Shown here: positions 16,079 to 23,435 of the stretch, one piece after another | Layout: each line of letters begins with the position of its first letter | How positions within the stretch are numbered: the stretch's first letter is position 1 | Virus record (IMG/VR): IMGVR_UViG_3300045988_106174 | Length of the DNA stretch: 34,124 nucleotides | Reading direction: 5' to 3' (one strand) | From: a virus | Made by a program: the position numbers and the translations under genes | The notes under the pieces: generated by a model | Told to the model about the DNA's origin: nothing | Database searches by the model: none | Seen by the model: only the letters and a program-made list of their open reading frames with translations

Positions 16079-16669
16079 TTACGATTTACCTCCAATTCTG
16101 TTTTTCATTGTTTCGCGCCAGGCTTCCGCCTTGCGCTGCTGGATCTCGGCAAAGTCGCGCTGCCGGGCACTGACGGACGTTTCCTCATAGGCGGGGAACG
16201 TACACACAGACACCTCATACAGCGGGTCGACTTCTTCGATCTCCCAGCGATAGGTATTGTTTCCGAGATCTACAAAGGTCTCGCGTTTGATCTTAAAACC
16301 AAACGAGCACTGGTCGACGTCACCCCGCTGGACGCGGGCGTAGAGGTTCATGGCGTCAACGTCGTCCCGATTGATCTTAATACTGCCCCAAAGCCCGCGC
16401 TCATCCTGACGGAGCGTCAGCGTGCCGGCTTTCGTGCGTCCGAGCACAAGGCTCGAATCGTGATTGATGAGTGCGCGGACGTCGCCGGAAATGGAGTTCG
16501 TGAAAGCACCCGGCTTTACGATCTCAGTCGCGCCCTCCCAGAGTGGGTATTCGCTGTTGAACACGGCAAAATATCCCTCGATGTACAGATCGTTCCCGGC
16601 GTCGCGCGTCTGGAACTGCTGCATCACGCAGCGCACCTGGCGCTGCTCGCGTTCATTCGGCATTGTCAC
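16079..16669 (-). CDS. Prohead maturation protease, HK97 family (196 aa)
   Basis: Motifs YIEGYFAVFNSEY, VRALINHDSSLVLGRT and VDQCSFGF are present. It lies between the portal and capsid genes. Confidence 0.85.
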   Translation of the reverse strand: MTMPNEREQRQVRCVMQQFQTRDAGNDLYIEGYFAVFNSEYPLWEGATEIVKPGAFTNSISGDVRALINHDSSLVLGRTKAGTLTLRQDERGLWGSIKINRDDVDAMNLYARVQRGDVDQCSFGFKIKRETFVDLGNNTYRWEIEEVDPLYEVSVCTFPAYEETSVSARQRDFAEIQQRKAEAWRETMKNRIGGKS

Positions 16670-17837
16670 CGCCTCCTTGATCTAATTTTTTCTGGTCGCC
16701 GATCATGTCTCGCGGGATGTAGTTCTCCAAGATGACCAGCTTATCAAGCCCCTCCCGGGGGCTCAGCCCGAGCCAGTCGCGCGCCTCATTGCCGTCCATC
16801 AAGCCGCGGATGTACTGCGCGTCCGCGACCTCCGCCAGCTCCTTGAGCGTGTAGCTGTACAGGCGGCGTGTGGACATAGTGAAGTACATATCCTCGGAGA
16901 TCAGCAGTTTGCGCGTCAACTCATGGCAGATGATGTTCGCCAGTGTGACCGCCGTCGTGCGGATCATGTGATTGTGCTCGGCGTCCGAGTAGCTGCCGAC
17001 GCCCACCATGTACGGCGTCACGCCGACGATGGAGGCGATCTCGCGTTTATCCAGCTCAACGGAATCCTTCAGCGCCAAGTCGTTCAGGCTGAGGGGTTTG
17101 ACCTGCTGGACCTCCATCAGCTCCGCCGGAATGACCCAAGGATCGCCCGCGGCGCTGCCCGCTATGTATTCGTCGATAAGGCGCTTGCGCCCGGCTTCGT
17201 CGGCAAACTCCTCGGCGAGGGAATCCACCTTGACGATGACGCTCGGCTTCCACTTGTCGGACATAAAGCCCTTTTTGGTCGCCGCCGCCTGCCGGAGGTT
17301 TGCGGTCACATCCCGCAGGCTCACGCGCAGCCCTACACCGCGCCACGGCTGCATCGGGTCGCACCAGCGCTTAAAATGCAGCACACTGTCGGACTCGTAG
17401 CGCCGCCCGCGCCACATCACATAGTAGGTCTGCCCGAGGTCGTCGCTCATGGCGTAGGCGTCCGGCATCGGCTCAAGGTCCGACAGCAGCCCGTTTGCCG
17501 TGTGCGGCAGCATGAATGCACTACCGCAGGAGCTTGTCAGCATCGTCCAGACGATCCAGGACACGAGATCCTTGCGGCTGCCGTTGCGCCACGGCGCGAT
17601 GTCCATAAACCGCGAGAGTTGATTGCGCACGCGCACATCGCCGCTTGCAGTGTTCCGCATGAGCTGGATCGTCGCGTTCGATACGATGTCCGCCAGCCCG
17701 CCGATTGCCGCGAGCACGTCCGGGCTGTCGATCAGCCGCGTGTATCCGGGGACGGACAGCGTGTCCGAGCCCGCCAGCCCGATCATAAATTTTTGCAGCT
17801 CGCTCGAAGCATCGCGTCGCTGCGGTTTGACTCTCAA
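16653..17837 (-). CDS. Portal protein, HK97 family (394 aa)
   Basis: It lies directly after the terminase (ATGA overlap). Its size and sequence are typical of the Phage_portal family. Confidence 0.85.
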   Translation of the reverse strand: MRVKPQRRDASSELQKFMIGLAGSDTLSVPGYTRLIDSPDVLAAIGGLADIVSNATIQLMRNTASGDVRVRNQLSRFMDIAPWRNGSRKDLVSWIVWTMLTSSCGSAFMLPHTANGLLSDLEPMPDAYAMSDDLGQTYYVMWRGRRYESDSVLHFKRWCDPMQPWRGVGLRVSLRDVTANLRQAAATKKGFMSDKWKPSVIVKVDSLAEEFADEAGRKRLIDEYIAGSAAGDPWVIPAELMEVQQVKPLSLNDLALKDSVELDKREIASIVGVTPYMVGVGSYSDAEHNHMIRTTAVTLANIICHELTRKLLISEDMYFTMSTRRLYSYTLKELAEVADAQYIRGLMDGNEARDWLGLSPREGLDKLVILENYIPRDMIGDQKKLDQGGGDNAE

Positions 17838-19951
17838 TCGGCATCATCCTCTCTTGCTTTTTTGTCATACCAGCCAGCCGCCTTATTGCTGGCGGTGAGA
17901 TCTTCGAGATATGCGCACACGGCAAAAACAGAGGCGTCAAAAAGGTCGATGCGCAGATTCTGCTCGATCTTCTGATACATCACCATGTCGTCGGCTTTCT
18001 CAATACCGGCGACGTTCTGCACGCAGTACTCATACGGCTCGGCGTGCAGGTAGTAGAGTGTTCCCTTCTTCGCGCTGGCCTCCAAGTATCGGAAGCCCTC
18101 GGACTTCCGTGTGAAAAGCTGCGGCTGGTCTTTGATCGGGAAGCGCTCGTTTTTCATCTCCACGAAATACTCGCGGCAGAATTTTCGGTCGTGTCCGATC
18201 CGGCGGATCTTAAAGCCGGAGGCGCGCAGCTTTTTGTACCAGCACACCACGTCGTGATAGTTCGTGACGGCGTCGTTGGTCATATCCAGCCAGCCGTCCT
18301 CCTGCCAGCCGAATAGTGGGATCTGATCCTGCTGCGCCTTGATAACAGCCGCCGGGCGCGGAAACCACGCGTGCGGGATGACGATGTCCACGCCCTTGTA
18401 GTGCCCAAAAAGGCATCCAGCGGTCAGGTCGTGCAGCTTCGACAGGTCCGTGCCGCCGTACCAGCGGATCGGCAGCTTCGCGAGCTGCGCGATCGTCCAG
18501 TCGTATTTCTCATCGCTGCGGCGGAACTCCTGAATGTCGAACCACGCCTTGACGGCGTTCGTCGTAACGTTGAGGCTCTTATTCAAAAACTCCGGGCGGA
18601 GCGCGGGATTGTCCGCCGCCATGGCAGCGTCGTTGATCATGTCCTGCGGACGGATGGAATAGCCCCATCCGGGGGACGCCGCCTTCAGCACGGCAGGGTC
18701 GTGCAGGTCCACATCGCCGTTTTCCAGCGTCGGCGCGGAGCAGAGAAAGCAGAAGATCGAATCCGCCGCGTCGCCCGTGACCGTGCCGCGCAGGATTTTG
18801 CGGCAGTAGGCCAAATGCCCCAGCAGGAAGCCGCGTGCATTCGGACCGTTGGACGAGATGATAATGACGAGCTTATTCGTGTATGCCTTGGTCGCGTCCT
18901 TTAGGATCTGATACTGCTGCGGGCTTTTGTAGGTGTGCGCCTCGTCGGCGATGACGATGTTGCAGTTGAAGGAGTCCTGCTTGTCGGGGTTTGCCGCCAG
19001 AGCGTTGATGGAGATCATGCCGTCTCCGATGTCGCCGGAGATGGAGCACTCCATGTTGTTGTCGATGATGCGCAAGCCCTGATTCGGGTCGTCCTTCACC
19101 GTCACGCCGAGGCGGTTGAAGTTGTACTTGAGAAAGTCAAACCCTTCGAGTGCCTGCTTGAGCGCACCGCCGACCTCGTACACCTTCGAGCCGGACGCGC
19201 GCTCGTACATCGCCAGCGCGGCAGCGAGGGAGGCAGCGAACGTCGTTTTGACGTTTTTCCGCGGGATAAAATCAACGGCCTCCTTAAAGCGCCGGATTTT
19301 CGTGCCCGGCAGGTAGAAACCCATGATGTTGTAGACGATGAACTTGTGGTATGGCAGGAGCAGGAACGGCGTGCCGCGCAGCGGCGTCGCGTCCAGGAAC
19401 TCACCCTGCCGGTGACACATCATCGTCTCGATGATGGCAATGATGTCGTTCGCAGGCTCGGACCGAAATTCCCACTTGCCGCAGGCGAGATCTGCGACGT
19501 ATCGCTTGCAGGCAAGCACCGCGTCCTCGCATAGCCCGGACTCGCCGGACAGGACGGAGTTTACAAACGCGTCCACGTCGCGCTGGTACTGGGCAGCGTG
19601 CTCGATCGCATACTCGTGTGCACTCGCGAGGAGCTGCTCGATCTTGCTGTTTCCGGCTGCTGCTGGCTGGAGCTTGGAGCGCGCCTTGTTTAAGCCCGTC
19701 GGCGTCAAGCCGAGCTGATTGCGCAGCCCCTGCACCGTCGCGCGCAGGTCCTCGACCGCCGTCCAGTACGGGCTTTTCGCGGTGTACTCCGCGCCGGTCT
19801 TGTTGACCATCGTGCACACGCGCTGCCCGCCCTGCTTCTTCCACTCCTTTTCGGCGCGGGACAGCTCGCGCTCCGTCTTGGCAAGCTGTTTGATCGTCGG
19901 CTCAAAGATCGCGCCGTATGTGCCGACCAGCTCCATGTCCTTGCGGATCAT
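17834..19951 (-). CDS. Terminase: P27-type small-subunit domain fused in frame to a Terminase_1-type large subunit (705 aa from ATG 19951)
   Basis: The N-terminal ~115 aa (MIRKDMELVGTYG...GLRNQLGLTPTGLNKARSKL) look like a P27-family TerS. The rest (…VLACKRYVADLACGKWEFRSEP…LLPYHKFIVYNIMGFY…VIADEAHTYK…) is TerL. There is no stop codon or plausible internal start between them. The 83 upstream codons of the tracked ORF were rejected. Confidence 0.8.
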   Translation of the reverse strand: MIRKDMELVGTYGAIFEPTIKQLAKTERELSRAEKEWKKQGGQRVCTMVNKTGAEYTAKSPYWTAVEDLRATVQGLRNQLGLTPTGLNKARSKLQPAAAGNSKIEQLLASAHEYAIEHAAQYQRDVDAFVNSVLSGESGLCEDAVLACKRYVADLACGKWEFRSEPANDIIAIIETMMCHRQGEFLDATPLRGTPFLLLPYHKFIVYNIMGFYLPGTKIRRFKEAVDFIPRKNVKTTFAASLAAALAMYERASGSKVYEVGGALKQALEGFDFLKYNFNRLGVTVKDDPNQGLRIIDNNMECSISGDIGDGMISINALAANPDKQDSFNCNIVIADEAHTYKSPQQYQILKDATKAYTNKLVIIISSNGPNARGFLLGHLAYCRKILRGTVTGDAADSIFCFLCSAPTLENGDVDLHDPAVLKAASPGWGYSIRPQDMINDAAMAADNPALRPEFLNKSLNVTTNAVKAWFDIQEFRRSDEKYDWTIAQLAKLPIRWYGGTDLSKLHDLTAGCLFGHYKGVDIVIPHAWFPRPAAVIKAQQDQIPLFGWQEDGWLDMTNDAVTNYHDVVCWYKKLRASGFKIRRIGHDRKFCREYFVEMKNERFPIKDQPQLFTRKSEGFRYLEASAKKGTLYYLHAEPYEYCVQNVAGIEKADDMVMYQKIEQNLRIDLFDASVFAVCAYLEDLTASNKAAGWYDKKAREDDAD

Positions 19952-19980
19952 GTCCTCTCTCGCCAAACGATCACCTCGCT

Positions 19981-20006
19981 CAAATTTCCCAACGTTGGGC
20001 AATTTG
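19981..20006. repeat. Palindrome copy 2 (CAAATTTCCCAACGTTGGGcAATTTG, one mismatch at 20000)
   Basis: It matches copies 1 and 3 at 25 of 26 positions and lies 30 bp upstream of the terS start codon. Confidence 0.95.
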
Positions 20007-20314
20007 GCTTGCCCGGCGCTTTCGTGTTTCCGTCGAGGGCTCTGCCAGGCGCGGCTGTCTGCTACCGCGCCCAGTAGGAGGTCACTAACTATGGCGCGGC
20101 GGAAGCTGCCCGACTCCCGCCGCCCGGCACAGCCCTCGACGATCTCTCCGCAGGCGTGTCGCCTACGCCCTCGGTGCATCCCCGCAGGCGCGTCGATCAC
20201 GCCCGCGGTGTGTAATTCCTTGTCGCGCGCGGCCCGCGCGCCTTGCCGGTCTCGCGTTACCCCCTTCCCCGATTTTCCCGCAGTCGGAAAAGTGGGCCAA
20301 CCCCGGTGCTTTGG
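20007..20314. other. Non-coding GC-rich region between HNH and terminase: probable cos/packaging-recognition region
   Basis: I see no credible ORF here. There are two direct 14-mers CCGCAGGCG(T/C)GTCG (20148-20161 and 20182-20195), a related CCGCAGTCGG (20278-20287), and a 16-bp inverted repeat (20031-20046 with 20126-20141, 15/16). The HNH, cos, TerS order is typical of HNH-dependent cos phages. Confidence 0.35.
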
Positions 20315-20608
20315 TCAGAACGGCGGCGGCGAATTGGGAGGGGGGATCACTCGTCGCTGCCACGCGAGACCGCGATCGGTCAGCTTGCCGGTCGTGCGAT
20401 CGTGGAAGCTGTTGTGCGCCGCCTGACTGACCGCGATGAGATTCCAGGAGCACCACTGCCAGCCCGGGAAGTCCTCGACCGGGTAGACATGATGCACGGT
20501 CGTTGCCAGCTCGCGGCGACCGTAGCGCGCGGCATCGCGGCAGTTGAATTTATCGCGCCGCAGCACCGCATTGCGCAGGCGCAGCCAGCGCTTACTCTTG
20601 TAGTCCAT
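20315..20608 (-). CDS. HNH endonuclease (packaging-associated, 97 aa)
   Basis: The sequence MDYKSKRWLRLRNAVLRRDKFNCRDAARYGR...TVHHVYPVEDFP...NLIAVSQAAHNSFHDR is a typical phage HNH. It sits immediately upstream of the cos region and terminase. Confidence 0.85.
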   Translation of the reverse strand: MDYKSKRWLRLRNAVLRRDKFNCRDAARYGRRELATTVHHVYPVEDFPGWQWCSWNLIAVSQAAHNSFHDRTTGKLTDRGLAWQRRVIPPPNSPPPF

Positions 20609-20610
20609 GC

Positions 20611-20653
20611 AAAAACAAAAAGCGCCAAGACCTCTCAACGGAGATCCTGGCGC
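20611..20653 (-). terminator. Intrinsic terminator T2 (minus strand)
   Basis: The stem is GCGCCAGGA...UCUUGGCGC with an inner GAGA/UCUC helix. It is followed by UUUUUGUUUUUG, and the U-tract ends 2 nt before the HNH ATG. Confidence 0.55.
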
Positions 20654-20680
20654 TTATGCCATCCGGCTATCACCTCGGCT

Positions 20681-20734
20681 GCAAAACAAAAGCGCCAAAC
20701 GATCTACCGCCTTCACGGTCAAATCATTTGGCGC
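20681..20734 (-). terminator. Intrinsic terminator T1 (minus strand)
   Basis: The stem is GCGCCAAAUGAU...AUCGUUUGGCGC (12 bp, one G:U pair) with an inner CGGU/ACCG helix. It is followed by UUUUGUUUUG. The 5' arm includes the KTR stop codon. Confidence 0.55.
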
Positions 20735-20891
20735 TGGCTCTAAGGCTCTGGCTCATATTCACGTTTACGATCGACTCTCGCTTGCACAGCTTGCAGTACA
20801 GCGGGAAGTCCGTCAGCGTAGTGGACGGTCGCACGCGCTGTTGCGTTGGGCGTCCGCACAGCGGGCAAATCAGTTTACCCTCCGCTGACAC
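20724..20891 (-). CDS. Cysteine-rich KTR-domain zinc-ribbon protein (about 55 aa from GTG 20891; alternative TTG at 20924)
   Basis: GKLICPLCGRPTQQRVRPSTTLTDFPLYCKLCKRESIVNVN matches the CPxCG...FPLYCxxCK...NV pattern of the Cys_rich_KTR family. The start codon is uncertain because there is no in-frame ATG. Confidence 0.6.
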   Translation of the reverse strand: MSAEGKLICPLCGRPTQQRVRPSTTLTDFPLYCKLCKRESIVNVNMSQSLRASAK

Positions 20892-20895
20892 TAAC

Positions 20896-20924
20896 AGTAT
20901 ACCACGGCGTTCATTCGATTGCAA
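20896..20924 (-). promoter_or_regulatory. Sigma-A-type promoter with extended -10 (TTGCAA, 17 nt spacer, TGgTATACT)
   Basis: The -35 is at 20924-20919 and the -10 at 20901-20896, with TG at 20904-20903. The predicted transcript start falls at or next to the GTG at 20891. Confidence 0.45.
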
Positions 20925-20973
20925 GAGTTTTTGTCGCTCCTTCCCATTATTTATATATTGTTTCAAGTCAAAA

Positions 20974-21693
20974 TTATATGTGTGAAGTTGTGATTTCCGG
21001 GATTTCAAAGTCAAACGTCGTGAACGTTCCGAAGGTGTTCTCAATGCGTTCTGGGAATTTTGCGCCCTCGAACGCGGTCGCGCCGCTCGGCGGCTGGTAG
21101 TGCTCGCCCGGCGCAAGCTCGATGTCGTTGCGCTCCGGCTGGATCAACCCCTTGCTCGGCGTCCACATCCGAGCGCCGACGCGTAGTTTGCCGGTCTTGC
21201 GCGGTTCTTTGGTCATGTATCGCGCGACCGCGCGATAGCCGCCGAACTCGCCGATCGTCTGTATATCGACGTAGCCCTTTTGCCACAGATCAGCGAAGAG
21301 CTGCCGCGTATCGCCTGGTGCACGTTTGGTGACGAAGTGGTGATGTACACGATGCTCGCCGTGCAAGCCTTCCATAACATAGACATAATCAAACGGCAGC
21401 CCCGCGGCTCTGCGATGCGCGCGCAGCTTGCGGAAGTACGCCGGTTGATTTTTCCGCGCCGCGTCAAATCCGGGCGGCAGATGCCAGTCGTCATAGGTGA
21501 GCGTCACAAACCAGTCCGTCAGCGCGAAGTTTGCATAGAGCAAAAACTCCAACCGCATACACGCGGTCTTGATGTTGACAGCCTCCTGCACGAGGCTTGT
21601 TTCAAATTGCCGCGCCGCTCGCGTGCACGGGCGAGCCGGCGCGGACGCCAGCTCGATTGCCCGCACGCGGTTGCCTGCGCGAAGTTCGATCAC
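20974..21693 (-). CDS. HUH-type rolling-circle replication initiator-like protein (239 aa)
   Basis: Three motifs occur in the canonical order: FVTLTYDD (motif 1), RVHHHFVT (HUH-like motif 2) and AVARYMTKEPRK (catalytic Tyr motif 3). Confidence 0.6.
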   Translation of the reverse strand: MIELRAGNRVRAIELASAPARPCTRAARQFETSLVQEAVNIKTACMRLEFLLYANFALTDWFVTLTYDDWHLPPGFDAARKNQPAYFRKLRAHRRAAGLPFDYVYVMEGLHGEHRVHHHFVTKRAPGDTRQLFADLWQKGYVDIQTIGEFGGYRAVARYMTKEPRKTGKLRVGARMWTPSKGLIQPERNDIELAPGEHYQPPSGATAFEGAKFPERIENTFGTFTTFDFEIPEITTSHI

Positions 21694-21878
21694 TCTTGCG
21701 ATGATACCACCTCATTTCTGAGCTCGTCGCGCAGGCGTTGCCGATAAGCTACAATTGGCAACAAAATGAACAGCCTGTCAACGTTCTCGAGCTTACGCAA
21801 TATATCCAGCGCGCGATTGGCCTCATTGCGTGTTGAACCAAAGCCCATCAAGAGCTTAACCACTCGTTTCCTTTTCAT
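21690..21878 (-). CDS. Hypothetical protein (62 aa)
   Basis: ORF track. Its stop overlaps the next start (ATGA). Confidence 0.45.
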   Translation of the reverse strand: MKRKRVVKLLMGFGSTRNEANRALDILRKLENVDRLFILLPIVAYRQRLRDELRNEVVSSQE

Positions 21879-22221
21879 CGTTTATTACCTCCCTCGTCCA
21901 GCGTGTTGCCATTTTTGCGTGGCAGTTGCCGCAAACAGCATCGCCGTGGATCTGATCCAGCGCTTTTGTGCCGCAAACGGAGCAGACAAAATAATACAGC
22001 GGAGATTCAAAGGCAAGCTGCCATTCACCGCGCAGCTCTGCCTCGCGCTGCACCACTTTGCCAAGCAGCCCGTTCGGCAGCTCCTCCAGCGGCAGCTCCC
22101 TCCTGCGCTTAAATTCTCCCGCATCAAAGCCGCAGCGCCTGCACTCCGCCCCGTTGGGCGATACATACGCGCACCCGCCCTTCAGGCAGTTCCCCCGCGC
22201 CCGCTCTTCAGTTCCGCCCAT
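21856..22221 (-). CDS. Zinc-ribbon protein (121 aa, CxxC pairs)
   Basis: The start is taken at ATG 22221 (TAATG overlap, GGAGGAGG upstream). Cysteine pairs are CAYVSPNGAECRRC and CSVCG...CGNC. The longer tracked ORF is an Arg/Gly-rich out-of-frame artefact over the neighbouring gene. Confidence 0.55.
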   Translation of the reverse strand: MGGTEERARGNCLKGGCAYVSPNGAECRRCGFDAGEFKRRRELPLEELPNGLLGKVVQREAELRGEWQLAFESPLYYFVCSVCGTKALDQIHGDAVCGNCHAKMATRWTREVINDEKETSG

Positions 22222-22538
22222 TACGTCCTCCTCCCCGCGCCGGTCTTTTTCAGCCCCGGCTCTGTCCACTCCGCCGTCTCTTTGCCGACGTACTCGCAGT
22301 ACGCCCGCTCCAGCCGCGCGCCCGCGCTGTCTCCGGCGTCCGGCAGAAAGACCACGCAATCCGCCACATCGATCATCGCAAAGCAGATGCGCATATACTC
22401 TTCCTGCGTCATCCCCTCCGGCAGCTCCGCCGGATTCAGTACGATGTTTCCGCACATCCGCAACCCCGCCGCCGCCCTTCGGAATTTCGCCTGATACCCC
22501 TGATCGCCCGTGATCTTCCCGGCAATGTAAATCTTCAT
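22221..22538 (-). CDS. DUF4406 / nucleoside 2-deoxyribosyltransferase-like protein (105 aa)
   Basis: MKIYIAGKITGD...NPAELPEGMTQEEYMRICFAMIDVADCVVFLPD...S.GARLERAYC is the typical signature of this family. Confidence 0.6.
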   Translation of the reverse strand: MKIYIAGKITGDQGYQAKFRRAAAGLRMCGNIVLNPAELPEGMTQEEYMRICFAMIDVADCVVFLPDAGDSAGARLERAYCEYVGKETAEWTEPGLKKTGAGRRT

Positions 22539-22963
22539 GGCAATTCCTCCACATACCGCCAGCTCTGCGGCGGGCGGGTGACCGGCTTGGGTTTTGCCTT
22601 GAGCGCTACCTCTACCTCATTTTGCACAGCGTAAAATTCTCGCAGTTCGCGCGGGTGATCGTAAACGCGCAAATCTGAGATGTGCCAGCCATACATCGGC
22701 GACTGCATTGCATATGCCGCCGCATCGTATGCGCTCATGCAGGCTGCTCTGTAAAATTCTTCATTGTGCCCATACGTGCGATCTTCGATGATCTGATCGC
22801 ACAGAAATTCCCCGATGACTTTGCCGTTTCCGCATTTGTAGATGTAGCACTTAAACGTCGTATCCATCTTCGGGCGCGTCTTGCGCACCTCAATCGTTTT
22901 CTCACCGCTTATGATCTTCTCGCACCACTTCGGGCGGATGCTAATAAGTACCGCTTTGCTCAT
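22535..22963 (-). CDS. ASCH-domain protein (142 aa)
   Basis: The N-terminus KAVLISIRPKWCEKIISGEKTIEVRKTRPK is characteristic of ASCH/PUA-like domains. Confidence 0.65.
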   Translation of the reverse strand: MSKAVLISIRPKWCEKIISGEKTIEVRKTRPKMDTTFKCYIYKCGNGKVIGEFLCDQIIEDRTYGHNEEFYRAACMSAYDAAAYAMQSPMYGWHISDLRVYDHPRELREFYAVQNEVEVALKAKPKPVTRPPQSWRYVEELP

Positions 22964-23199
22964 GCTTCATCTCCCTCCAAATCGCCCAGCAGCTCCACCG
23001 TGACCATGACCCGCCCCGCGAAGCACCCGTTCCAGTCCTTTTTCGGCTTGAGCTTTTCCACCCCATCCATGACCGTTTTGATAATGTCCTGCGAGTTGCA
23101 GCTCAGGCAATCCTCCGTGTAAGACAGAACACCGCTCATTTCAATTCCCACGCGGGGACGCTGCTGATAAAGCCCCGTCATATAGTTCTTTTCATCCAT
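22960..23199 (-). CDS. Hypothetical protein (79 aa)
   Basis: The start is moved to ATG 23199 (MDEKNYMTGLY...), which has GGAGGG 9 nt upstream. This avoids a 50-nt overlap with the upstream gene. Confidence 0.5.
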   Translation of the reverse strand: MDEKNYMTGLYQQRPRVGIEMSGVLSYTEDCLSCNSQDIIKTVMDGVEKLKPKKDWNGCFAGRVMVTVELLGDLEGDEA

Positions 23200-23425
23200 C
23201 CTTTTTGCCCTCCATCCTTTCATATCGCTTGCACGGTCCATCGTTCACGCGATCTCTCAGCTCCTCCGCCGAAAGCCGCTCGCCCTTTTCCAGCAGACAG
23301 CGCCACGGGTAAACGTAATTCTCGCGGTGCTCAATGTGCCTGCACGATAAGCAGCACGGCGGCATCCTGATCTGCCCGCACCCCCGGAGCGAATACATCC
23401 AGTTCTTCATTCGATACCCTTGCAT
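23192..23425 (-). CDS. Hypothetical Cys-rich protein (77 aa)
   Basis: ORF track. It runs in series with the neighbouring early genes. Confidence 0.5.
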   Translation of the reverse strand: MQGYRMKNWMYSLRGCGQIRMPPCCLSCRHIEHRENYVYPWRCLLEKGERLSAEELRDRVNDGPCKRYERMEGKKDG

Positions 23426-23435
23426 TTTTCCTCCT

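Noticed and set aside
19952-20200. 83-codon N-terminal extension of the terminase ORF
   Set aside because: The translation is Arg/Gly-rich low-complexity sequence with no ribosome site. It runs through the palindrome and the cos-like region, whereas ATG 19951 begins a recognisable TerS-like sequence.
20163-20743. ORFs 20163-20456 (-), 20243-20743 (+) and 20380-20628 (-) in and around the cos region and HNH gene
   Set aside because: They overlap the well-supported HNH gene or lie in the repeat-rich non-coding region. Their translations are low-complexity and they have no ribosome sites.
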